Origin: Ignavibacteria bacterium
Lineage (GTDB): Bacteria > Elusimicrobiota > Endomicrobiia > PHAN01
Length of the DNA: 18,926 nt
Direction: 5' to 3'
NCBI GenBank assembly: GCA_041694835.1
Contig: JBGFRZ010000033.1
Span: 1 to 18,926 of the forward strand
A model generated the notes under the pieces. The model worked only from the letters and a program-made list of their open reading frames with translations, ran no database searches and was not told the origin of the DNA. Position 1 is the stretch's first letter, and each line of letters begins with the position of its first letter. Both the position numbers and the translations under genes were made by a program. Of the stretch, positions 8,291-16,029 are shown one piece after another.

Positions 8291-8416
8291 ATGTCAATAA
8301 TGATTTTCAAATGTAAAAGATGCGATAAGAAATTCGAAACGTTTGTGCCAAGATTCTCTGCCCCGAGTTGCTGTCCGACAATTACCGTTGACCACCGCTC
8401 CGGTTTTTACCGATGA
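8291..8416 (+). pseudogene. 41-aa FmdB-like zinc-ribbon ORF, probably degenerate
   Basis: Manual translation MSIMIFKCKRCDKKFETFVPRFSAPSCCPTITVDHRSGFYR*. Matches the MPxYxYxCxxCxxxFE pattern, but the second CPxC is broken. AGGGAG at 8276-8281. Confidence 0.45.
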
Positions 8417-8472
8417 CACCTTAATTTATCTTTCCCATAAGAACTTTCCTTAAAAAATACAAACATTAAAAC

Positions 8473-8501
8473 TTGACTTTTAGCGCCAAATATTGTAATC
8501 T
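8473..8501 (+). promoter_or_regulatory. Putative sigma70 promoter for zapB-zapA-6S
   Basis: TTGACT (8473-8478), 17-bp spacer, TAATCT (8496-8501), with an A-rich upstream tract. Confidence 0.55.
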
Positions 8502-8517
8502 ATTTATTGGAGATGTT

Positions 8518-8778
8518 GTGGAAGATTTTGAAGCGAAAATAAATTCATTGAAGCAAAGCATGATGGCTTTGTCTCATAAGGTAAAAGCCGCCGCGAAATT
8601 TATAGAAGACCTCAAAAGCCAGAGGGATGCGCTGAAGTCCGAGTTGGAGTTTTTGAGGGAGGAAAACAAGCAGTCGCGGCTTCTGATAAGCGAGAACGAA
8701 AAACTCATGAGAGACAGAATATGGACTCAAAACAGGATTGAAAAAATTTATAAAAAAATCGAAGCGGCGGGCATATGA
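8518..8778 (+). CDS. Coiled-coil cell division protein, ZapB-like
   Basis: All-helical heptad sequence (LSHKVKAAAKFIEDLKSQRDALKSELEFLREEN...NRIEKI); GTG 8518 after GGAG (8509-8512); directly upstream of zapA. Confidence 0.65.
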   Translation: MEDFEAKINSLKQSMMALSHKVKAAAKFIEDLKSQRDALKSELEFLREENKQSRLLISENEKLMRDRIWTQNRIEKIYKKIEAAGI

Positions 8779-9059
8779 TTTTAAGGGTGAGATATAAAGG
8801 TTTAGAATATAAAAAAAATCTTGAAGGAGAAGAGGACAACCCTCTTTATTCCGATGCCGTAGCGAATGAGGTCTTAAGAAGACTTGATAGTGTAGAGAAG
8901 TTTGACGGCGTCGTGGATACGGCGGAAACGGCGATAATGGCCAATCTCTGGGCTGAGCATGAATTTTGCAAGAACAGAGATTCATATAGAAAGTTCATCA
9001 ATGAAGCGGAAAATAAGATTTCGGAGCTGTGTCTGATATTAGATTCAGCCCTCGAATGA
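8775..9059 (+). CDS. zapA: Cell division protein ZapA (divergent)
   Basis: N-terminal VRYKGLEY strand, AVANEV...DTAETAIMANL helix pattern, coiled-coil tail; synteny pheT-zapA-6S-ygfA-rny. Confidence 0.7.
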   Translation: MILRVRYKGLEYKKNLEGEEDNPLYSDAVANEVLRRLDSVEKFDGVVDTAETAIMANLWAEHEFCKNRDSYRKFINEAENKISELCLILDSALE

Positions 9060-9072
9060 TTTCGCTGTTTTT

Positions 9073-9224
9073 GCCCTGCGATGTTCGTGTAACTTTTGTT
9101 GGTTAAGACCTACAAGTTCCGTACAGGGAGTCGTATAAGGTATACTTCTGCCGTGGTAGGAGTGTCCTGACACCCACGTATATTTTAGGGACTATAACCG
9201 ATTAAAGTAGCGGCATCGCGGGGC
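9073..9224 (+). ncRNA. ssrS: 6S RNA
   Basis: Closing stem gccctgcgatg (9073-9083) with catcgcggggc (9214-9224); ttggtta (9099-9105) with taaccga (9195-9201); central bubble followed by GGGAG; classic position after zapA and upstream of ygfA/rny. Confidence 0.85.
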
Positions 9225-9233
9225 TAATTTTTT

Positions 9234-10553
9234 ATGGACGCTCTTTTCGGCGAAGAAGCGAAGATTGACGAGAAAACGATGCCGCTTGCAGCGCGGTTCG
9301 TTCCGAAAAGTTTCGACGAGTTTTTCGGGCAGGAAGAACTTTTTGGCGAAGGCAGGTTTTTGAGAAGGGCGGCAATCTCCGACAAGCTCAGTTCAGCTAT
9401 TTTTTACGGTCCTTCCGGAACAGGAAAGACGGCAGCGGCGAAGCTTATATCGCGACTTACAAAATCCGAATTCATAGAAGCGAATGCTGTTACCATAGGC
9501 GTGGGCGAGATAAGAACAATCATATCAAAAGCCAGGTATCTACTTTCCGTAAAATTTCGGAAAACACTCCTCATTCTCGACGAAATCCATCACTTCACAA
9601 GAACCCAGCAAGACGCACTTCTTCCAGATGTGGAAAAAGGGATTATAACTTTAATTGGAATAACTACGGAGAATCCGTTTTTTTACATAAATTCAGCTCT
9701 GCTTTCCAGAACCCACATCTTTGAGTTCAAAAAGCTTGAAAAAAATGTTCTGAGAAAAATAATGGAGGCGGTGTTAAAAGACGAAAGAGGCTACGGCGCA
9801 AAAGACATAAGGATTGAAGATGATGCTAAGGATTTCATCATTGAAAACAGCGCTGGTGATGCCAGACGTATGCTAAACGCCGTTGAGCTAGCCGCCGAGA
9901 CAACCGAAACCACAAAAGACGGCATAATCCGCATTGACATAAAAACAGCGGCCGAAGTTATACAGAAAAAGCCCCTCGTTTACGATAAGGCATCGGACGC
10001 GCATTATGACCATATATCCGCTTTCATCAAGTCGATGCGCGGTTGCGACCCGGACGCCGCTGTTTACTGGATGAGTAAGATGCTTTCTAGCGGCGATAAC
10101 CCTATGTTTATAGCGAGACGAATCGTTATATGCGCGGCGGAGGATGTCGGTATGGCTGACCCGCAAGCGCTGGTTGTGGCAATCTCGGCTTTGAATGCTG
10201 TTGAATTTGTAGGACTTCCCGAGGCGAAAATCCCGCTGACCGAGGCGGTCATATACATCTCGACCGCGCCCAAAAGCAACGCCGTCTATGAGGCAATGGA
10301 ATCGGCCAAGAATGAAGTCGAAACCGGACCACAAAGAGATGTTCCGCCGCATCTTAAAGACGCCACGCTCGACAGCAAGTCTTTCGGGCACGGGAAAGGG
10401 TATAAATATCCCCACGAATACCCCCATGGCTTTGTTGTGCAGGAGTACATGCCCTTGCCCAAGACGTTTTATTTTCCGAAGGAAATAGGATATGAAAAGG
10501 AAATCAAAAAAAGACTTGATTTCTGGAGAGGAGAAAAAAAAATTAAGAAGTAG
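9234..10553 (+). CDS. rarA: Replication-associated recombination protein A (MgsA/RarA AAA+ ATPase)
   Basis: PLAARF, Walker [58 protein letters not shown]. Confidence 0.96.
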   Translation: MDALFGEEAKIDEKTMPLAARFVPKSFDEFFGQEELFGEGRFLRRAAISDKLSSAIFYGPSGTGKTAAAKLISRLTKSEFIEANAVTIGVGEIRTIISKARYLLSVKFRKTLLILDEIHHFTRTQQDALLPDVEKGIITLIGITTENPFFYINSALLSRTHIFEFKKLEKNVLRKIMEAVLKDERGYGAKDIRIEDDAKDFIIENSAGDARRMLNAVELAAETTETTKDGIIRIDIKTAAEVIQKKPLVYDKASDAHYDHISAFIKSMRGCDPDAAVYWMSKMLSSGDNPMFIARRIVICAAEDVGMADPQALVVAISALNAVEFVGLPEAKIPLTEAVIYISTAPKSNAVYEAMESAKNEVETGPQRDVPPHLKDATLDSKSFGHGKGYKYPHEYPHGFVVQEYMPLPKTFYFPKEIGYEKEIKKRLDFWRGEKKIKK

Positions 10554-11100
10554 GGTTCTTTCTCACAGAAAAAATCTCTCGTCAAATGCGATAAAAAAGA
10601 TTTCTTCCGCTATAGACGAAAAATTGAGGAAGCTTGAGCTCTATAAAAGTTCGAAGAATATAATGTTCTTCGTATCAAAAGAAGGCGAGATAGACACGGT
10701 AACGATTATAAAAAGAGATATCGGGTTGAAGAATATTTTCGTTCCCAAGGTCTCGGGGAAGAAACTTGAAGTGTATAGAATAAAGGACTTTGAAAGAGAT
10801 CTTTCAATGGGGAAGTTCGGAATTTTAGAGCCAAATAAAAACGCTGTCAGGAAATGTCGGGCTAATGTGGATCTTGTCATAGTCCCCGCACTGGTTTTCG
10901 ACCGTCAGGGACATCGTCTCGGCTACGGCCAGGGATATTACGACAGGTTTTTAAGCAAGATCCGTGCAGAAAAACGTGTAGGCGTTATTTATAGCGAATA
11001 TCTCGTTGACAGAATTTCGAGAGAACCGCACGATGTTCCCGTTAGAACTATAGTGACCGAAAAGGGTGTCGTGAAAATAGAGGCGAGAGATGAGAGATGA
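10492..11100 (+). CDS. ygfA: 5-formyltetrahydrofolate cyclo-ligase
   Basis: [57 protein letters not shown]. Start uncertain (ATG 10492 or TTG 10516); both overlap rarA. Confidence 0.93.
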   Translation: MKRKSKKDLISGEEKKKLRSRVLSHRKNLSSNAIKKISSAIDEKLRKLELYKSSKNIMFFVSKEGEIDTVTIIKRDIGLKNIFVPKVSGKKLEVYRIKDFERDLSMGKFGILEPNKNAVRKCRANVDLVIVPALVFDRQGHRLGYGQGYYDRFLSKIRAEKRVGVIYSEYLVDRISREPHDVPVRTIVTEKGVVKIEARDER

Positions 11101-11303
11101 GAGGTGAGAGGTCAGAGGTGAGAGATGAGAGAATAGCGAATAGTGGATGGTGGCTGGTGACTGGTGACTGGAGGAAACGAGCCACGAGCCACCGCTGCTC
11201 TGCTGCCCTGACTTGTGTTCTTGTGCCCCTGTGCTCTTGTGCACTTGTGCTCTGCCACTCTGTCCTCTGTCCTCTATCCGCTATCCGCTATACGCTATTC
11301 TCT
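11093..11303. repeat. Composite heptamer-module repeat, copy 1 (upstream of rny)
   Basis: 11093-11275 matches 13324-13506 with 6 mismatches in 183 bp; 11128-11150 is inverted against 11281-11303. Confidence 0.92.
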
Positions 11304-11327
11304 AAAATTATCCTAGGAGGAAGAAAA

Positions 11328-12884
11328 ATGCAAATAAGCATCGCTGTGATAATCCCGCTGGTTTTTGGGGTTTTGATAGGATATCTGTTAAGATGGCTTT
11401 TTTCACATTTCAATCTAAACTCGGCCGAGGCGATCGCGAAAAAAATAATAGATGAAGCGAAGGTGCAAGCCGAGGCACATAAGAAAGATGCTATATTAAG
11501 TGTAAAAGATACCCTCGAAAAACAACGCATCGAGTTCGAGAAGGAAGCGAGAGAGAAGAAGTCTGAACTCCACAGCTGGGAGCGAAGAATACACCATAGG
11601 GAGGAAAACCTCGACAGGAAGCACGGCATACTTGACAGGAAGGAGAGAGATATCTCTTCGCGAGAACGCGAAATAGCGTTGAAGGAAAGAGCTCTTCAGG
11701 ATGAGAACAAGGAGATCGAAAGGAAAAAGAAGGAGCAGTCGGCCATAGTTGAAAAGATATCCGGGATAACGCAGGATGAAGCGAGAAAAACGCTCATGGG
11801 TATGATGGAAGATGAAGCGCGGCGAGAGGCATCCTCTACCATCAGGCTTATAGAAAATGAAGCGAGAGAGAATGCTTCAAAGAAGGCAAGAGAAATTATA
11901 GCGATAGCCATACAGCGCATGGCAGCGGATGTCACGGCAGACATAACCGTAACGACCGTCCCTCTGCCGGGTGACGAGATAAAAGGAAGGATAATAGGCA
12001 GGGAAGGAAGGAATATAAGGGCATTCGAGCAGGCGAGCGGCGTTGATTTGATAGTCGACGACACCCCCGAAGCCATAACCATATCGGCTTTCGACGGAGT
12101 GAGGAGGGAGATAGCCAGGATATCGCTCGAGCGGCTTATAGCCGATGGAAGGATACATCCGGCAAGGATAGAAGAGGTGGTTGCCAAAGTAAAACTTGAC
12201 ATGGAAAACATACTCAAAGAGACGGGAGAGATGGCCGCCCTCGAGGCTGGTGTGCCGAGCCTGCCGACCGAGATACTTAAACTTTTGGGGAAACTCAAAT
12301 TCAGGACTTCCTACGGGCAGAACCAGCTCCAGCATACCCTTGAGGTTTCTCTTTTGGCGGGGGCATTAGCGAGCGAACTCGGCGCCGATGTTTTATTTTG
12401 CAAAAGGGCGGGACTGCTGCATGATGTTGGAAAAGCCATCGACCACGATGTTGAAGGGACCCACCATCAGATTTCAGCAGACATCGCCAAAAAATACAAC
12501 GAATCGGAGAAGATGCTCAACGCCATACTATCGCATCATGAAGGGATATCTACGCCCGAGAGCGTCGAAGCGTTTATCATCGCGGCCGCCGACGCCATCT
12601 CCGCCGCCCGTCCCGGTGTCAGAAGAGAATCTGTCGAAAACTACATCAAAAGGATAGAGAAGCTTGAAAATTTAGCGACTTCTTTTACGGGTGTTTCAAG
12701 CGCCTTTGCCGTTCAGGCGGGAAGGGAAATAAGGATTCTCGTCGAACCTGAGGAGATATCGGATGAAAAGGCGCAGTCGCTTGCAAAAGATATTGCAAAA
12801 AAAATTGAACAGGAACTTGACTATCCCGGACAGATAAAGGTTACGGTGATAAGGGAGGTCAGGACTCAGGAAGTCGCAAAATAA
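11328..12884 (+). CDS. rny: Ribonuclease Y
   Basis: N-terminal TM helix, long coiled coil, KH motif [29 protein letters not shown] motif [35 protein letters not shown] at 11315-11320 before ATG 11328. Confidence 0.97.
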   Translation: MQISIAVIIPLVFGVLIGYLLRWLFSHFNLNSAEAIAKKIIDEAKVQAEAHKKDAILSVKDTLEKQRIEFEKEAREKKSELHSWERRIHHREENLDRKHGILDRKERDISSREREIALKERALQDENKEIERKKKEQSAIVEKISGITQDEARKTLMGMMEDEARREASSTIRLIENEARENASKKAREIIAIAIQRMAADVTADITVTTVPLPGDEIKGRIIGREGRNIRAFEQASGVDLIVDDTPEAITISAFDGVRREIARISLERLIADGRIHPARIEEVVAKVKLDMENILKETGEMAALEAGVPSLPTEILKLLGKLKFRTSYGQNQLQHTLEVSLLAGALASELGADVLFCKRAGLLHDVGKAIDHDVEGTHHQISADIAKKYNESEKMLNAILSHHEGISTPESVEAFIIAAADAISAARPGVRRESVENYIKRIEKLENLATSFTGVSSAFAVQAGREIRILVEPEEISDEKAQSLAKDIAKKIEQELDYPGQIKVTVIREVRTQEVAK

Positions 12885-12898
12885 GGGTCTTCTCCATT

Positions 12899-12969
12899 TT
12901 TTGTTGTGCGTATAAAAACAAAATGTTTGAGCGGGCTTAATCAAGTGTGAACACTTGATTACCCCGCTC
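12899..12969 (+). other. Two-hairpin structured element just 3' of rny
   Basis: ttttgtt (12899-12905) with aacaaaa (12917-12923); linker tgttt; gagcggg-ct-taatcaagtgt-ga-acacttgatta-c-cccgctc (12929-12969). Confidence 0.6.
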
Positions 12970-12983
12970 CCGATTTATCGGGA
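12968..12983. repeat. Short REP-like palindrome
   Basis: tcccgat-tt-atcggga. Confidence 0.55.
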
Positions 12984-13018
12984 CGAGAATGAGCGAAAAT
13001 ACTTTGTTTTTACATCAT

Positions 13019-13194
13019 GAGACCGTTGAAAAACCTTAATCTTTTGAACGATTTGGCAGTTTTAGGTTAAAAGTTGAAATCGTTTAGACCGCAATGTCCG
13101 ACGAGCAAAGCGAGGAGTTTTGCGGTCTGATTGAAACTTTTAACCGTTAAGAAACTGCCCTTTAAGTGAAAAAGATGGGTTTTTCAACAATTTC
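13019..13194. mobile_element. MITE-like non-autonomous element, 176 bp
   Basis: TIRs gagaccgttgaaaaacc / ggtttttcaacaatttc (14/17), flanked by direct repeat ATCAT (13014-13018 and 13195-13199); folds back along its whole length. Confidence 0.75.
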
Positions 13195-13323
13195 ATCATA
13201 CATCATAGCGGTATTGCAAAATCCTTACCCAATGTTACAACAACATTTGGAGAAGAGCCCAAAATAATAAGGAGTAAGTTATCAGGATTAAGAAGTGAAA
13301 AGAGCAAAGAGAGAATAGAGGAT

Positions 13324-13600
13324 AGAGATGAGGGGTGAGAGGTGAGAGGCGAGAGGTGAGAGAATAGCGAATAGTGGATGGTGGCTGGTGACTGGTGACT
13401 GGAGGAAACGAGCCACGAGCCACCGCTGCTCTGCTGCCCTGACTTGTGTTCTTGTACCCCTGTGCTCTTGTGCACTTGTGCTCTGCCACTCTGTCCCCTG
13501 TCCTCTGTTCTCTGTCCTCTGTCCTCTGACCGCTCTCCTCTCGTCTCTCTCCTCTGTCCTCCGTCCTCTGACTTGTGCTCTTATGCCTTGTGCAGTTGTG
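13324..13600. repeat. Composite heptamer-module repeat, copy 2 (downstream of rny)
   Basis: 13324-13506 matches copy 1; extended by TCCTCTG, CTCTC and CTTGTGC modules to about 13600. Confidence 0.92.
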
Positions 13601-13635
13601 TTATACTGCTCTGATATTGTTCTTAATTTTGTTCC

Positions 13636-13644
13636 TTATCCACA
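13636..13644 (+). promoter_or_regulatory. Single perfect DnaA box
   Basis: TTATCCACA, ending 6 nt before the ATG at 13651. Confidence 0.35.
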
Positions 13645-13650
13645 ACTACT

Positions 13651-14412
13651 ATGAAAGTATTATTCATCGCAGATATTATCGGAGAAGCGGGCAGAGAAAC
13701 GGTTAAAAAAAATCTAAATCCCAAAAACTACGATTTTGTCATAGCAAATGCGGAAAACGCTGCCGGCGGTGCCGGACTTACCGCTGCAGTTGCCGACGAA
13801 CTCCTTTCGTACGGCGTGGATGTCCTGACGCTCGGCAATCACACATTCGATAGGAAGGAAATCTTTGATGTCATTGACAGCCCCCCGGTTTTGAGGCCTG
13901 CGAACTATCCTTCTCCCTGCCCCGGCAAAGGTTTTGAAATATACACAAACATGGTCAACGCAAAGATCGCGGTCGTAAATGTTATGGGCAGGGTTTATCT
14001 CCCTCTTACGGATTGTCCGTTCCAGACGATAAACAAAGTATTGAAAAACATAGACCCAACAGTTAATACGATAATCGTGGATTTTCACGCGGAGATAACT
14101 TCAGAGAAAGTGGCGATGTCTTACTTTCTCAACGGAAGAGTAACTGCACTCATCGGCACCCACACGCACATACAGACGGCGGATGAAAAGATAATGTCGG
14201 GCGGGACCGCTTACATAACCGATGCCGGAATGACAGGCCCCTCCGAGGGCGTCATAGGAATCGACAAGGACGTTATTATAAAAAGATATCTTACCGCCAT
14301 ACCATATCGTTTTAGTGTGGCAAGGGGGAAAACGATATTTCAGGGCGTTGAACTCGAAATCGACGACAAAACAGGGCGCGCAATTTCAATCAAAAGAGTC
14401 AGCATTGAATAA
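13651..14412 (+). CDS. ymdB: YmdB-like (TIGR00282) metallophosphoesterase
   Basis: LFIADIIGEAG, ANAENAAGG, TLGNH, RPANY, VDFHAEITSEK, GTHTHIQTAD, TDAGMTG; canonical neighbour of rny. Confidence 0.93.
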   Translation: MKVLFIADIIGEAGRETVKKNLNPKNYDFVIANAENAAGGAGLTAAVADELLSYGVDVLTLGNHTFDRKEIFDVIDSPPVLRPANYPSPCPGKGFEIYTNMVNAKIAVVNVMGRVYLPLTDCPFQTINKVLKNIDPTVNTIIVDFHAEITSEKVAMSYFLNGRVTALIGTHTHIQTADEKIMSGGTAYITDAGMTGPSEGVIGIDKDVIIKRYLTAIPYRFSVARGKTIFQGVELEIDDKTGRAISIKRVSIE

Positions 14413-15745
14413 AAAAATATACACCATTACGGAACTCAATTCAAGCATAAAAAGGATACTTGAGCCGAATTTCGACGATATCTGGGTCGAGGGCGAGATA
14501 TCGAACTGGAATCTTCATCAATCCGGCCACGCTTATTTTTCGCTGAAAGACGATAACTCGCAGATACAGGCGGTTTTTTTTAATTTTAACGAAAACAAAT
14601 TCGAACTTAACAACGGTCTCAAGGTAATTGCAAGGGGAAGAATTTCCCTTTACCTCAAAAGTGGAAAGCATCAGCTCGTGCTCTCTTGCATAGAGCCCAG
14701 GGGCAAGGGCGCTCTTCAACTCGCTTTTGAGCAGCTGAAACAAAAGCTTCAGAAAGAAGGTCTCTTTGATGATGCCAGAAAAAAAACCATCCCTATGCTG
14801 CCCCAAAAGATAGGGCTCGTGACCTCGCCTTCCGGCGCCGCCATAAAGGACATATTGACGGTGATAAACCGACGCTTCGCCAATGTTCACATACTGATTT
14901 ATCCCGTCAGTGTCCAGGGAGATAACGCTAAATATGAAATTTCTGAAGCCATAAAATATCTCAATAAAAATGAACCCGACATTGATGTTATGCTTGTTGG
15001 TCGCGGCGGGGGAAGTTACGAGGACCTATGGGCTTTCAACGAGGAACTCGTCGCAAGGGCAATATTTGACTCTAAAATACCGGTCATATCATGCGTCGGA
15101 CACGAGATAGACTTTACGATAGCGGACTTTGTGGCCGATGTCAGAGCGCCAACCCCTTCGGCGGCAGCCGAGATTGCGGTAAAAAATAAAATCGATATCG
15201 AAAATAAAATCTCACGTCTTTACTTTGCTTTGAAGGGAAAAATCTCTCATATGTCTAATTTTTACTCGGAAAAGCTTAAGATGATAAGAAGCAATAAATA
15301 TCTCAGAAATCCTTTCGAGTATTTTCTGGAATACGAACAGAATATCGACAGCCTTTCTGTCGAGTTGTCTGAGAAAGTGCAAAGAATGATAACTGACAGA
15401 AGCCGCTGTCTGGAGACGCTCGAAAAAAGCCTCTCGACATTGTCGCCGTCGTCAATAGCCGAATTCTTCACTCTGAAACTCGACGCTCTTTACTCTCACA
15501 TTAAAAGGAGCATGTCGGGGCACATCGTTTCAAACGAACACCGTACTAATGCCATATCTTCTGCCCTGAACAATCTGTCGCCGTTGAGCATACTTTCAAG
15601 GGGTTATTCCATAGTATGGAAGCTTCCTGAAAAAATTTTGTTAAAAAGCGCAAAAGATGTAAAATTAAACGACGAAGTCGGGATAAAGTTAAAAGAGGGC
15701 TCGTTTATCGCCGCGGTAAAAAAAATCGCTGATAACGATATTTAG
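14405..15745 (+). CDS. xseA: Exodeoxyribonuclease VII large subunit
   Basis: WVEGEISN, SGHAYFSLKD, IGLVTSPSGAAIKD, VGRGGGSYEDLWAFN, VGHEIDFT, RAPTPSAAAE, SPLSILSRGY. TTG start at 14405 overlaps the ymdB stop. Confidence 0.96.
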   Translation: MNKKIYTITELNSSIKRILEPNFDDIWVEGEISNWNLHQSGHAYFSLKDDNSQIQAVFFNFNENKFELNNGLKVIARGRISLYLKSGKHQLVLSCIEPRGKGALQLAFEQLKQKLQKEGLFDDARKKTIPMLPQKIGLVTSPSGAAIKDILTVINRRFANVHILIYPVSVQGDNAKYEISEAIKYLNKNEPDIDVMLVGRGGGSYEDLWAFNEELVARAIFDSKIPVISCVGHEIDFTIADFVADVRAPTPSAAAEIAVKNKIDIENKISRLYFALKGKISHMSNFYSEKLKMIRSNKYLRNPFEYFLEYEQNIDSLSVELSEKVQRMITDRSRCLETLEKSLSTLSPSSIAEFFTLKLDALYSHIKRSMSGHIVSNEHRTNAISSALNNLSPLSILSRGYSIVWKLPEKILLKSAKDVKLNDEVGIKLKEGSFIAAVKKIADNDI

Positions 15746-15787
15746 CTTAGGAAATTTATATCTTGCGTCATATATAGAGGTGAGATT

Positions 15788-16027
15788 ATGTCAAAGGAAA
15801 TCCAGAAATTTGAAGATGCCATAAAACGACTCGAAGAGATAGTCGAACTGCTCGACAATAAAGATGTCGAGCTTGAAAACGCCCTCAAGCTTTTTGAAGA
15901 AGGCGTCAGGCTTGTTAAATTTTGCTCCGGAAAGCTTGATGAGACAAAGAAAAAGATAGAGATACTTGTCAAAAAAGAAGACAAACTTGTCGCAAAGCCG
16001 TTTGTCGAAGGTGAGCGAAGCGAATAG
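15788..16027 (+). CDS. xseB: Exodeoxyribonuclease VII small subunit
   Basis: FEDAIKRLEEIVELL...LENALKLFEEGVRLVKFC; GAGGTG RBS. Confidence 0.96.
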   Translation: MSKEIQKFEDAIKRLEEIVELLDNKDVELENALKLFEEGVRLVKFCSGKLDETKKKIEILVKKEDKLVAKPFVEGERSE

Positions 16028-16029
16028 AA

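Noticed and set aside
11097..11327. 77-aa N-terminal extension of RNase Y in the ORF track
   Set aside because: It translates the repeat; strong SD and TM-helix start support ATG 11328.
11093..13600. CRISPR array interpretation of the repeats
   Set aside because: No constant 23-47 bp repeat with unique spacers, and no cas genes; units are 7-8 bp tandem modules.
13636..13644. Replication origin
   Set aside because: Only one perfect DnaA box noticed, with no box cluster and no dnaA/dnaN context.
13203..13654. ORFs 13388-13654 (+), 13203-13475 (-), 13235-13489 (-), and the similar 10951-11244 (-)
   Set aside because: Low-complexity translations of the repeat; their mutual similarity just reflects the DNA duplication.
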